This document shows, piece by piece, positions 23,126 through 31,363 of a stretch of DNA of 56,682 nucleotides. The notes beneath the pieces were generated by a model that was not told where the DNA came from, made no database searches, and saw nothing but the letters and a program-made list of their open reading frames with translations. This DNA is from Actinomycetes bacterium (GTDB lineage: Bacteria > Actinomycetota > Acidimicrobiia > IMCC26256 > PALSA-610). Within the stretch, counting starts at the first letter, position 1; each line of letters begins with the position of its first letter. The stretch lies in contig JAODBI010000049.1 of assembly GCA_025463875.1 (NCBI GenBank), forward strand, positions 1-56,682, written 5' to 3'. The translations under genes were made by a program, and so were the position numbers.

Positions 23126-24149
23126 CTGCGCTCACCCCTTCCCGGAGAGCCGGGAGCAACTCCTGATTCAGCAGCTGATCGGCGGTGCGCGCGTGGTCGC
23201 GATCGGCGCGGAAGCTCGCACCCGTGATGACGAAGCGTTCGAGCCCCAGCGCCGCGAGGCCGCGCAGCCGGTCGGCGCACACGTCCGGTGTGCCGACGAC
23301 CGCGAACCGGTCGACGAATGCCGGATCGAGCGCGTTCGTGTGCTCGGCCGCGTTGCTCAGATGCTGGTTGCTGTCGTAGCGACGACCGACTTCCGCGACC
23401 ACACCCCGGTCGGCTTCGCTCAACCCCGCGCCCGTCGAGCCCGGCATCGACGAGAAGTGCGCGAAGGCGGCGACCGCACCGCGGATGAGATCGCGCGCGG
23501 CATCGAGGTCGGGATGGCAGCCGACATTGACGTACGCGCCGAACGAGATGTCGGCCGGATCGCGACCGGCATAGGCGGCGGCCTTGCGTGCGAGGTCGAT
23601 GGCCCACCCGACGCGATCGACGTCGGCGCCGACCGCGAACGTGACCCGTTCGGCGATGCGGGCGGCGAACTCGATCATCCTCGGGCCCGACACCGCGACG
23701 TCGAGCGGCACCTTCGGCTGCCGGCAGCGGTCGAGGAAGTGCAGACGGCTCTCGCGCCCGTCGCAGTCGATCGCAGTGTTCCCGAGGTACGCCTGCAGCT
23801 CGGTGACCGCCGCGACGAATCGCGCGACCGGCATCGGCGGCTTGCCCAGGTGGAACAACGCGGTGTCGCCCCGGCCGATGCCGAGGACGAAGCGGCCGCC
23901 GGACGTCTCCTGCACCGTCGCGGCCACGTTCGCGAGCGCGGCGGGATGACGGGTGTAGGCGTTGGTGACGCCCGTGGCGAATCGCAGTCGTTCCGTCGCC
24001 GCCGCCGCGAGCGCCACCGCGACGAACGGGTCGCCGACGAGGTTCTGCGAGTCGGTGAACGTGATGCCGTCCCAGCCGGTCTGCTCGGCCCGTTCCGCCT
24101 GCGCAGGGGCCGTACCGATCTCGGGGATCCGCATCGTCCAGAGCTCCAT
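23118..24149 (-). CDS. LLM class (luciferase-like, possibly F420-dependent) oxidoreductase
   Basis: DSQNL..DPFV, ATGVTN..TRHPA, GRFVLGIGRGD, SGPRM. Confidence 0.9.
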   Translation of the reverse strand: MELWTMRIPEIGTAPAQAERAEQTGWDGITFTDSQNLVGDPFVAVALAAAATERLRFATGVTNAYTRHPAALANVAATVQETSGGRFVLGIGRGDTALFHLGKPPMPVARFVAAVTELQAYLGNTAIDCDGRESRLHFLDRCRQPKVPLDVAVSGPRMIEFAARIAERVTFAVGADVDRVGWAIDLARKAAAYAGRDPADISFGAYVNVGCHPDLDAARDLIRGAVAAFAHFSSMPGSTGAGLSEADRGVVAEVGRRYDSNQHLSNAAEHTNALDPAFVDRFAVVGTPDVCADRLRGLAALGLERFVITGASFRADRDHARTADQLLNQELLPALREGVSAGD

Positions 24150-24272
24150 CGCGGGCGATGCTACGACGCATTCCGGTCCCGGGCACCGGGCGATCTCGGA
24201 CCTTTGGGTTCAGCCGCCGGCCGGTCGGAACTGGGCGCGTCGAAATCGGCTTACCGGGCCATTGCGTTGTTC

Positions 24273-25748
24273 TCAGACCGCGCCGCCGGCGCGGCGACCG
24301 AAGAACGTTCCGTCGCCCAGGCTGATGCCGCTGACGTACCCGCCGGCGGCGAGGCTCGCGCTCGTGCGGCCCGCCGCGAACAGACCGGCGACCGCGCGAC
24401 CGTCGGACGACAGCACCCGCCCGTCGACATCCGTGTGCAATCCGCCGAGCGTGAAGGTCGCGTAGATGGCGCCGCGCTGGACGCCGAGGTCGATCGCGCC
24501 GAGCGGCGGCACCAATGGTTGGACGAACGGCGGCAGCTTGCCGAAATCCGGGTCGTCTCCGTGCGCCGCGTGCTCGTTGTACCGCGCGATCGTCGCGGCC
24601 AACTCGGCCGCGGGAACACCCATGTCGCGCGCCAACTCCTCGACGGTCTCCGCCGCGTACGAGAACCGCAGGCCGAGCAGGTTGCGTTCGTAGATCGAGT
24701 CGTCGAGCACCATGAACACGTCACCGTCGTGTTCCATCAGCGCCTTCCACCCGATGCGTCCCGTGTAGGTGTCCTCGTTGACAAAGCGGCGGCCGCGCCG
24801 GTCGACCAGGATCGCCCGGCAGAGGCGATGCGGTGGCCCGAGCGGCAACGCGCATTCGAACACGTCGAGTCGCAGCGGCGCGCCGCCCGCACCCTGTGCG
24901 AGACGAATCCCTCGCCCGTCGTCGGCGTCGGTCCCGATGCGCCACGCGGGATCGGGCCGCATTGCCTCGGGGCAGTTCGCCGCGAGCATCGCCTCGTTGT
25001 ACGCGAAGCCTCCCGCGGCGAGGACCACTCCCCGGCGCGCCCGGATGTGACGCGTCGAGTTGTCGGCGCGGACCGCAACACCGACGACCGCGCCGTCGTC
25101 GTCGACTACGAGGCGGTCGACGCGCGCGTCGACCATCGTCCGGGTCGCGGTCTTGCCCACTGCGTCGGCGAGGCACTGCATCAAGAAGTTACCCGCACTG
25201 TCGGTGAACTGCGGCTTGTGGCCGCGCGGCGCCGGACGCGCGAGGTCGCAGAACGGACGGCTGTCCTCGCCACCGGAGAAGACGAGACCACTGTCGTCGG
25301 GCGACTCACGATTCGGCTCGTCACAGAACGCGGCGCGAAACGGAACACCGTGATCCACCAACCAATGGAAGTGGTCGACCGACTCGTCGCAGTACCTGCG
25401 CAGCTTGGCGAGGTCGGGCCGATCCGAAGCGTCCGCCGCGCCGTGCGCGGCCGTCGCCGCGACGAGGAACGCGTACATCGTGTCGGCGTCGTCGTCGAAG
25501 CCGCACTCATGTTGCACCGGCGTCCCGCCACCCAGATAGATGAGGCCACCCGACATGGCACTCGTGCCGCCCGGTGCACTCTGGCGCTCGACGCCCAGCA
25601 CGTCGAGCCCGCGCTCGGACGCGCTGATCGCGGCGGAGGCGCCCGCGCACCCGAGGCCCACGACGACGACGTCCGCCGCGTCGTCGTAACGGCCGACATC
25701 GCGCTCGGCCACGGGCTCGATCGCGGCCACCGAATCCCGTTCACTCAT
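24273..25748 (-). CDS. FAD-binding oxidoreductase, 3-ketosteroid dehydrogenase/flavocytochrome c family
   Basis: DVVVVGLGCAG, GGTSAMSGGLIYLGGGT, VVLAAGGF, RFVNED, TLGGL, GLFAAG, SGISLGDGTFFGRRAG. Confidence 0.88.
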   Translation of the reverse strand: MSERDSVAAIEPVAERDVGRYDDAADVVVVGLGCAGASAAISASERGLDVLGVERQSAPGGTSAMSGGLIYLGGGTPVQHECGFDDDADTMYAFLVAATAAHGAADASDRPDLAKLRRYCDESVDHFHWLVDHGVPFRAAFCDEPNRESPDDSGLVFSGGEDSRPFCDLARPAPRGHKPQFTDSAGNFLMQCLADAVGKTATRTMVDARVDRLVVDDDGAVVGVAVRADNSTRHIRARRGVVLAAGGFAYNEAMLAANCPEAMRPDPAWRIGTDADDGRGIRLAQGAGGAPLRLDVFECALPLGPPHRLCRAILVDRRGRRFVNEDTYTGRIGWKALMEHDGDVFMVLDDSIYERNLLGLRFSYAAETVEELARDMGVPAAELAATIARYNEHAAHGDDPDFGKLPPFVQPLVPPLGAIDLGVQRGAIYATFTLGGLHTDVDGRVLSSDGRAVAGLFAAGRTSASLAAGGYVSGISLGDGTFFGRRAGGAV

Positions 25749-25830
25749 CCGCCCACAATGCCTGATCGCGCGGGCATCGGACACGAGTCCGGTGCGGCAA
25801 CCGCTGGGTGGCCGAGACCGGGCAACACCT

Positions 25831-25858
25831 TTGACAGCTTTGACATCGGAGGTATCTT
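25831..25858 (+). promoter_or_regulatory. Putative sigma-A promoter
   Basis: TTGACA-N16-TATCTT. TTTGACA also occurs twice at 9-bp period. Confidence 0.55.
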
Positions 25859-25892
25859 GGAAGTCGGTAGCCGCTCCGAAGAGGAGATGCGC

Positions 25893-25985
25893 ATGGAAGA
25901 GGAAAGTCCACCTCGCCATCACCGGGTCGGTCTCGACCTGCTGACACGCACGAGCCTCCGACCGATATGGCTGCGGCCAAACTGA
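25893..25985 (+). CDS. Putative small peptide / leader peptide (30 aa)
   Basis: GAGGAG RBS 6 nt before ATG; MEEESPPRHHRVGLDLLTRTSLRPIWLRPN; flanked by a promoter and a terminator hairpin. Confidence 0.5.
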   Translation: MEEESPPRHHRVGLDLLTRTSLRPIWLRPN

Positions 25986-26031
25986 CGGCTTCTTGCGCGC
26001 CCGAAGACGCGACCGACCCTCGAACGGAACC

Positions 26032-26070
26032 GACGCCCCGGCAGACATGTAGCCGGGGCGTCTTCCAATT
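26032..26070 (+). terminator. Intrinsic terminator-like hairpin
   Basis: 11-bp perfect stem GACGCCCCGGC/GCCGGGGCGTC, 9-nt loop, weak tail TTCCAATT. A 16-bp palindrome follows at 26073..26088. Confidence 0.65.
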
Positions 26071-26166
26071 CCCCGGCGAATTCGCCGGCGTCACGTGAGT
26101 TCCGCGACGACCGGGTCGCGATGAGAGGATTGGCGACATGAACGCCGCCGTCCGACTCCGCTCGCG

Positions 26167-27276
26167 GTGACCGATTCATACGACGTGGTCGTCGTGGGAT
26201 GCGGTGGAGCGGGAGCGGCCACGACGTGGTGGTTGGCGCGCAACGGCTTCCGTGTCCTCGCGATCGACCGTTTCGACGCGCACCATACGCGCGGGTCGTC
26301 GCACGGCCGCGAGCGCATCGTCCGCCTCGCGTATGGCGACCCGGTCTACGTCGCGCTGGCGCAGGAATCGTTGCGCATGTGGCACGAGCTCGACGCGTCG
26401 GTCGACGCCACGCTCGTACGGACGGTGGGCGGCGTCGACACCGGATTTTCGGACGAGCTCGAGCAGGTGGCGCGCGGCTGCGACTGGGCCCGGGTGCCGT
26501 ACGAGTGGCTGGACCCCGACGCCGCCCGGCGAGCATTTCCCGGATTGCACTTCGATGGCCGCGCCCTCCTCCAGCGCGACGCGGGATGTGTCGACGCGCA
26601 TTTCGCGCTGGACGCGTTCGAGCAGTCGGCCGTGGCCGACGGCGCCGTGATCCACCGCTCGGAAACGGTGACCGGCATCTCCGAACAACCCGCGTCTGTG
26701 GCGGTGACGACCGACCGCGGGAGCTACCGCGGCGACTCGGTCGTGGTGACAACCGGCGCATGGGCCGCGGCGACGATCGACGGTCTCGCCCCGCTCCCCC
26801 CGATCACCGTCACCCGGGAGCAGGTGGCGTTCTTCCGCCCGCGGCGCGCCATGAGCTTCCCGACCTTCATCGACCGGCGGGCGACGAGCTACTACGGCCT
26901 TCCCACGCCGACCGGCTTGCTCAAGATCGGCGAGCACTACACCGGGCCCGTGGTCGATCCCGAGACCTACAGCGCCGACGTCGAACCGCGCACCTGGCGA
27001 CGGCTCCTCGATTGGGTGAGGCACAACGTGCCGGGTGTCGAACCCGAGCCGGTCGACCACAGCACCTGTCTGTACGCGTCCGGACCCGACGAAGATTTCG
27101 TCGTCGATCGGCAGGGACGCGTCACAGTCGGAGTCGGACTCGGTGGCCACGGGTTCAAGTTCCTCCCGATCCTCGGGCGCCGGCTCGCGGAGATCGCGAC
27201 CGGCACGCCTTGGACCGACAACCCGTTCCGATTCGAACGCGGGCCGCGCCTCGCCGCGCGTTCGTTGCACAAGTAG
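26167..27276 (+). CDS. SolA/monomeric sarcosine oxidase family FAD-dependent oxidase
   Basis: DVVVVGCGGAG, GSSHGRERIVRLAY, TCLY (covalent-flavin Cys), GHGFKF. Confidence 0.88.
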   Translation: MTDSYDVVVVGCGGAGAATTWWLARNGFRVLAIDRFDAHHTRGSSHGRERIVRLAYGDPVYVALAQESLRMWHELDASVDATLVRTVGGVDTGFSDELEQVARGCDWARVPYEWLDPDAARRAFPGLHFDGRALLQRDAGCVDAHFALDAFEQSAVADGAVIHRSETVTGISEQPASVAVTTDRGSYRGDSVVVTTGAWAAATIDGLAPLPPITVTREQVAFFRPRRAMSFPTFIDRRATSYYGLPTPTGLLKIGEHYTGPVVDPETYSADVEPRTWRRLLDWVRHNVPGVEPEPVDHSTCLYASGPDEDFVVDRQGRVTVGVGLGGHGFKFLPILGRRLAEIATGTPWTDNPFRFERGPRLAARSLHK

Positions 27277-27320
27277 CGCTCGAAACAACAGCCGCTGCAC
27301 ACCCGCGGTGCGGCGCGCAG

Positions 27321-27345
27321 GTTTGTATTGCCGCGACCCGGGTAT
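27321..27345 (+). promoter_or_regulatory. SigF/SigB-type promoter
   Basis: GTTT-N15-GGGTAT, an exact consensus match, 9 nt before ATG 27355. Confidence 0.7.
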
Positions 27346-27354
27346 CGCACGGCG

Positions 27355-28167
27355 ATGGCAACTGCGAAACGCACGACGAAACAGCCCGCGAAAACGACCG
27401 TGAAGCGCGCCGCGAAGCGCACCGCCAAGAAGGCGGTGCAGCAGGCGTCGCGGAGTAGTGCGGCGACTCGGGCGCGGAAGGTCTCGAAGAAGACCGCGGA
27501 GAAGACCGCGGAGAAGACCGCGCGCACCGTCACGTCCCGGAAGTCGACGGCGCGCAAGTCGGCGGCGAAACGGTCGGGCCGCGCCTCCGCCGGCGACGCG
27601 ATCGCGCTGTTGAAGAGCGACCACCGTGAGGTCGAGCAGCTCTTCAAACGCTTCGAGAAGGCCGGAAGTGGCGCCCACCGGGTCAAGGGGCAACTCGTCG
27701 CGTCGATGATCGAAGCGCTCTCGCGCCACGCGGAGATCGAAGAGTTGGTGTTCTATCCCGCGGTGCGGGAGCAGATGTCGCGGGCCGAGTCGGACGTGCT
27801 CGAGGCACTCGAGGAGCACCACGTGGTGAAGGTCGTGCTCCGTGAGCTCGAGAGCATGGATCCCGCGGCGGAGCGCTTCGACGCCAAGGTCACCGTGATG
27901 ATGGAAGCAGTCCGTCACCACGTGAAAGAAGAAGAAGGAGAGCTCTTCCCGAAGGTGCGCAGGCAAATCGATCGGCGCGAGCTTGTGGAGTTGGGTGAGC
28001 AGCTTCGGCGCGCGCAGCGGGTCGTGCCCACCCGTCCGCATCCCGGTGCGCCCGACACCCCGCCCGGCAACGTCGTCGCCGGCGCCGCAGTCGCGGTGAT
28101 GGACCGCGCCCGCACCGTCGGCAAGCGTGCGGTCGACCGCGTGCGGGACGAGATCCCGAGTCTCTGA
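27355..28167 (+). CDS. Hemerythrin domain protein with Lys/Ala/Thr-rich histone-like N-terminal tail
   Basis: About 80-aa basic low-complexity N-terminus with KTAE repeats, then DAIALLKSDHREVE, HAEIEELVFYP, EEHH, HHVKEEE..LFP, PTRPHP. Confidence 0.9.
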   Translation: MATAKRTTKQPAKTTVKRAAKRTAKKAVQQASRSSAATRARKVSKKTAEKTAEKTARTVTSRKSTARKSAAKRSGRASAGDAIALLKSDHREVEQLFKRFEKAGSGAHRVKGQLVASMIEALSRHAEIEELVFYPAVREQMSRAESDVLEALEEHHVVKVVLRELESMDPAAERFDAKVTVMMEAVRHHVKEEEGELFPKVRRQIDRRELVELGEQLRRAQRVVPTRPHPGAPDTPPGNVVAGAAVAVMDRARTVGKRAVDRVRDEIPSL

Positions 28168-28233
28168 CTCGTCGACGCACCCGTTCTTTCTCCGGAGGCG
28201 TCGGCCGCCGGGACAGGCCTAGCTTGGGCATCG

Positions 28234-29046
28234 ATGGAGTGGGACGTGCTCGCGCACGGCTACGGGCTGGCGGAGGCGCCGACGATCGACGTCGACGGCT
28301 CGGTCCTGTTCTCCGACGTGCTCGGCGGCGGCGTCTACCGACTCGACCCGGCGGGCGTAGTGACGACCGTCGTCCCGAAGCGGCGCGGCGTCGGGGGTAT
28401 CGCGATCCACGCCGACGGTGGGATCGTGTGCTCCGGTCGCGACGTCATTCACGCTCGGGAGGGCGACGACGCGCGGACGGTGCTCCACGTCGATGGTGTC
28501 GCGGGCTGGAACGACGTCTGCACCGATGCGACCGGCCGCGTCTACGCGGGCGCGTTGCGGTTCGCAGTGTTCGATGCGGATGCCGAGGTCGTGCCCGGCG
28601 AGATCCGGCGCGTCGATTCCGCGGGCACCAACCGCGTGCTGTTCGGCGACGTCGTGCACGCGAACGGCATCGTGTGTTCGCTCGACGGCGACACGGTCTA
28701 CGCGAGCGACACGCGTCGCCAGTGCATCATCGCGTTCGACGTCGAGCGCGCGGTTCGCAGGGAGTTCGATCTCTCCACGCTCGGTCACCCCGACGGCATG
28801 GCGCTCGACGAGCTCGGTGCAATCTGGGTCGCACTCGTGGGCGGCGGCATCGCCCGCCTCACGCCCGACGGCACCGTCGACCGGCGGATCCAGCCGCCCT
28901 CCGCATTTACGACGAGCATCTGTTTCGCGGGGCGCGATCTCTATGTGACGACGGGCGCCCACTCTGTAAATGCCGATCTGGGCGGCTGTGTGCTGCGCAC
29001 CACCCTCGACGTCGCCGGCGCCCCCGTGGCCCCGGCCCGCGTCTGA
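28234..29046 (+). CDS. SMP-30/gluconolactonase/LRE family protein
   Basis: LAEAP, WNDV..D..GR.Y.G, ANGI..S.DG..VY.SDT, HPDGMALD..G.IWVA. Confidence 0.9.
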   Translation: MEWDVLAHGYGLAEAPTIDVDGSVLFSDVLGGGVYRLDPAGVVTTVVPKRRGVGGIAIHADGGIVCSGRDVIHAREGDDARTVLHVDGVAGWNDVCTDATGRVYAGALRFAVFDADAEVVPGEIRRVDSAGTNRVLFGDVVHANGIVCSLDGDTVYASDTRRQCIIAFDVERAVRREFDLSTLGHPDGMALDELGAIWVALVGGGIARLTPDGTVDRRIQPPSAFTTSICFAGRDLYVTTGAHSVNADLGGCVLRTTLDVAGAPVAPARV

Positions 29047-29211
29047 CGCGCTTCCGGCTCAGATCCGCCGCAGCCGTTCGACAACGTGCTCGGCAACGAG
29101 CGCGGAAACGAGTCCGAAAACGGGAACTGTGACGCCCGCGACCGGGATCGTGTGCAACTCAGCGGATTTGGCGTACCCTTCGCCCATTCTCAGTCCGGCG
29201 TGGGGGGAACC

Positions 29212-30096
29212 ATGCAGACGCTCGACTCCGACCAGCAACTCGAACCGACCCCGAGTATCGAGTCGGTCTCGATCGGGAAGCGCCGCCGGCCGGCTCTCGC
29301 GCTGGCATCGGGCGCGCTCGCGCTCGTCGTCGTGACGGCCGGGATCGCGTACGCGGTGGGGTCGTCGCACACCAAGACCGCGACCATCGTGCGTACGGTG
29401 CCCGGCGCGCCCACGGGCGGTTCGAACGGCACAGCTACGAAGTCGCCCGCCGCGAAGCCCGGGGTGCCGGCGTGCGTGCGAGGCGCGGCCGCCGGCTCGT
29501 GCAACATCGACGAGGCCCGGGCGGAGATCCCCGACAAGCCGCTCCCCGCCGCGACCCGTGCAGTTCTCGCGGCACAGCTCGTCGCCGCCCGCACCGCGGC
29601 GGGCAAGTATCCGACCGTCGCCGACGCGCAACGCGGGGGATTGGTCCAAGCCGGCAAGTTCTCACCGCAGACCGGGGCGCACTTCATCAAGATGGACGCA
29701 ATCGGTACTTTCGATCCCTCGGATCCGCCTTCGTACATCTACGACGGCATCAGTCCCACGTCGAAAGTCGTCGGCCTGATGTATCTGTCGCTCAGCACCG
29801 CGCCGCCCGAGGGCTTCGCCGGCCCGAACGATCACTGGCACCGTCACACGAACACGTGCGTCATCTTCGGCGGCACACAGATCAAGATCCCGTTCGCCGC
29901 CGACTCCAGCGTGACACTCGAGCAGTGCAACGCCCAACACGGCACGTTCATGCGCGAGACGGCGTGGATGGTGCACGCGTGGGTCGTGCCGGGTTGGGAG
30001 AGCCCGCGCGGCGTGTTCTCGCACGAGAACCCGAACGTGCTCTGTGCCGACGGCACCAGCAAGGCCGACTCCCTCGGCTTCTGCGCCGGTACCTGA
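29212..30096 (+). CDS. Membrane-anchored/exported hypothetical protein, His/Cys-rich
   Basis: N-terminal hydrophobic helix, Pro/Thr linker, motifs GAHF, WHRHTNTC, WMVHAWVVPG, six Cys. Confidence 0.75.
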   Translation: MQTLDSDQQLEPTPSIESVSIGKRRRPALALASGALALVVVTAGIAYAVGSSHTKTATIVRTVPGAPTGGSNGTATKSPAAKPGVPACVRGAAAGSCNIDEARAEIPDKPLPAATRAVLAAQLVAARTAAGKYPTVADAQRGGLVQAGKFSPQTGAHFIKMDAIGTFDPSDPPSYIYDGISPTSKVVGLMYLSLSTAPPEGFAGPNDHWHRHTNTCVIFGGTQIKIPFAADSSVTLEQCNAQHGTFMRETAWMVHAWVVPGWESPRGVFSHENPNVLCADGTSKADSLGFCAGT

Positions 30097-30100
30097 GCAG

Positions 30101-31126
30101 TCAGCGGCGGCGATTCTCCGCGAGCAGGCTCGGCGGATCCCAACCCGCGTCGCCGGGATCGAGGTCGACCCCCGGGGGCACGATCGCGTCGATCGCGTCG
30201 AGCAGCTCCGCGGGAAGGTCCACCTCGCTCGCGGCGAGCTGAGACTCGAGCTGCTCCATCGTGCGCGGTCCGATGATCGCCGCCGTCACCGCCGGATGGT
30301 CGAGGACGAACGCCAGCGCCATGTCGACGACTGTGAGGCCGAACTTCTCGGCGAGGTCGCCGAGAAGTTCGGCGGCCTCGCGTTTGGTCTGCTCGCCGGG
30401 CGACTCCGCGGCACCCCGCGCCGCCCTCAGCCGATCGCGATGTGACGGTTCCGGCGTCACGCCGGTGCGATAGCGGCCGGAAAGGAATCCACCGTTGAGT
30501 GGGCTCCACGGGATCACACCCATCCCGTACTTCTGCGCGACCGGCAGCACGTCCCGCTCGATGCCCCGGGCGAGGATCGAGTACGGCGGCTGCTCACAGA
30601 CGAACCGGCCGAGACCGCGCCGATCGGAGACCCATTGCGCCTCGACGATCTCGTGCGCCGGGAACGTCGACGAACCGAAGTAGCGGATCTTGCCCGCGCG
30701 CACGAGGTCGGTGAGCGCCGAGAGCGTCTCCTCGATGTCGCACGTCGGATCGGGTCGATGGATCTGGTAAAGGTCGATGTAGTCGGTGCCGAGCCGGCGC
30801 AGGCTGTTCTCCACTTCGGCGGTGATCCAGCGTCGCGAGTTGCCGCGCGCGTTGCGATCGGTCCCCATCTGCCCATGGGCCTTCGTGGCGAGCACCACGT
30901 CGCGGCGAACCTTGCCGTCTGCGAGTGCCTTACCGACGATCTTCTCCGACTCCCCGGCCGAGTAGACGTCGGCGGTGTCGATGAAGTTGATGCCGCCGTC
31001 GAGGGCGCGCCGGATGATGCGCACCGAGTCGTCGTGATCCGGGTTCCCCCAGACGCCGAACATCATTGCGCCGAGGCACAGCTCACTGACCTCCATGCCG
31101 GTGCGGCCGAGCGTTCGGAACTTCAT
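30101..31126 (-). CDS. Aldo/keto reductase
   Basis: LGRTG..VS.LCLG.MMFG, GINFIDTADVYS.G.SE, SLRRLGTDYIDLYQIH, WSPL.GG.L. Confidence 0.95.
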   Translation of the reverse strand: MKFRTLGRTGMEVSELCLGAMMFGVWGNPDHDDSVRIIRRALDGGINFIDTADVYSAGESEKIVGKALADGKVRRDVVLATKAHGQMGTDRNARGNSRRWITAEVENSLRRLGTDYIDLYQIHRPDPTCDIEETLSALTDLVRAGKIRYFGSSTFPAHEIVEAQWVSDRRGLGRFVCEQPPYSILARGIERDVLPVAQKYGMGVIPWSPLNGGFLSGRYRTGVTPEPSHRDRLRAARGAAESPGEQTKREAAELLGDLAEKFGLTVVDMALAFVLDHPAVTAAIIGPRTMEQLESQLAASEVDLPAELLDAIDAIVPPGVDLDPGDAGWDPPSLLAENRRR

Positions 31127-31224
31127 ACCGATCTCCTGACGAGTCGACCGGGGCGCGCCCCGGTGTCGCAATCGTTGACACGCGTCATCATGGCGCGGGC
31201 GCCGGAGTCGGCGCCTCGACGGCC

Positions 31225-31342
31225 CGGATTGCCTCCCGTCGGCTCCGCTGCCGCTCCTCTCATTGGTCGCTCGCGCTCCGCCGACCGATCCCCTCGACCC
31301 GCGGCTGATGCGGATTGCCTCCCGTCGGCTCCGCTGCCGCTC
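31225..31342. repeat. Perfect 32-bp direct repeat (two copies, 86-bp period)
   Basis: CGGATTGCCTCCCGTCGGCTCCGCTGCCGCTC at 31225..31256 and 31311..31342. Confidence 0.9.
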
Positions 31343-31363
31343 TAGGATCGAACGTGTGTTCGC
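31343..31363 (+). promoter_or_regulatory. -10 element plus LexA (SOS) box overlapping a leaderless start
   Basis: TAGGAT at 31343..31348. TCGAAC-GTGT-GTTCGC at 31348..31363 versus the actinobacterial consensus TCGAAC-N4-GTTCGA. In-frame GTG at 31356. Confidence 0.8.

Noticed and set aside
25899-25912. RNase P RNA, suggested by GAGGAAAGTCC
   Set aside because: It is not followed by the conserved GGGC/GGAC segment and has no complementary 3' P4 strand. The motif lies within the small ORF.
22938-25985. 1015-aa plus-strand ORF, and other long antisense ORFs such as 9064..10626, 10794..12407, 21149..23227, 39503..41590 and 47459..49696
   Set aside because: These are shadow frames of well-supported opposite-strand genes, expected in high-GC DNA, and carry no recognisable motifs. 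Only the last 30 codons of the 1015-aa ORF were kept as a small ORF.
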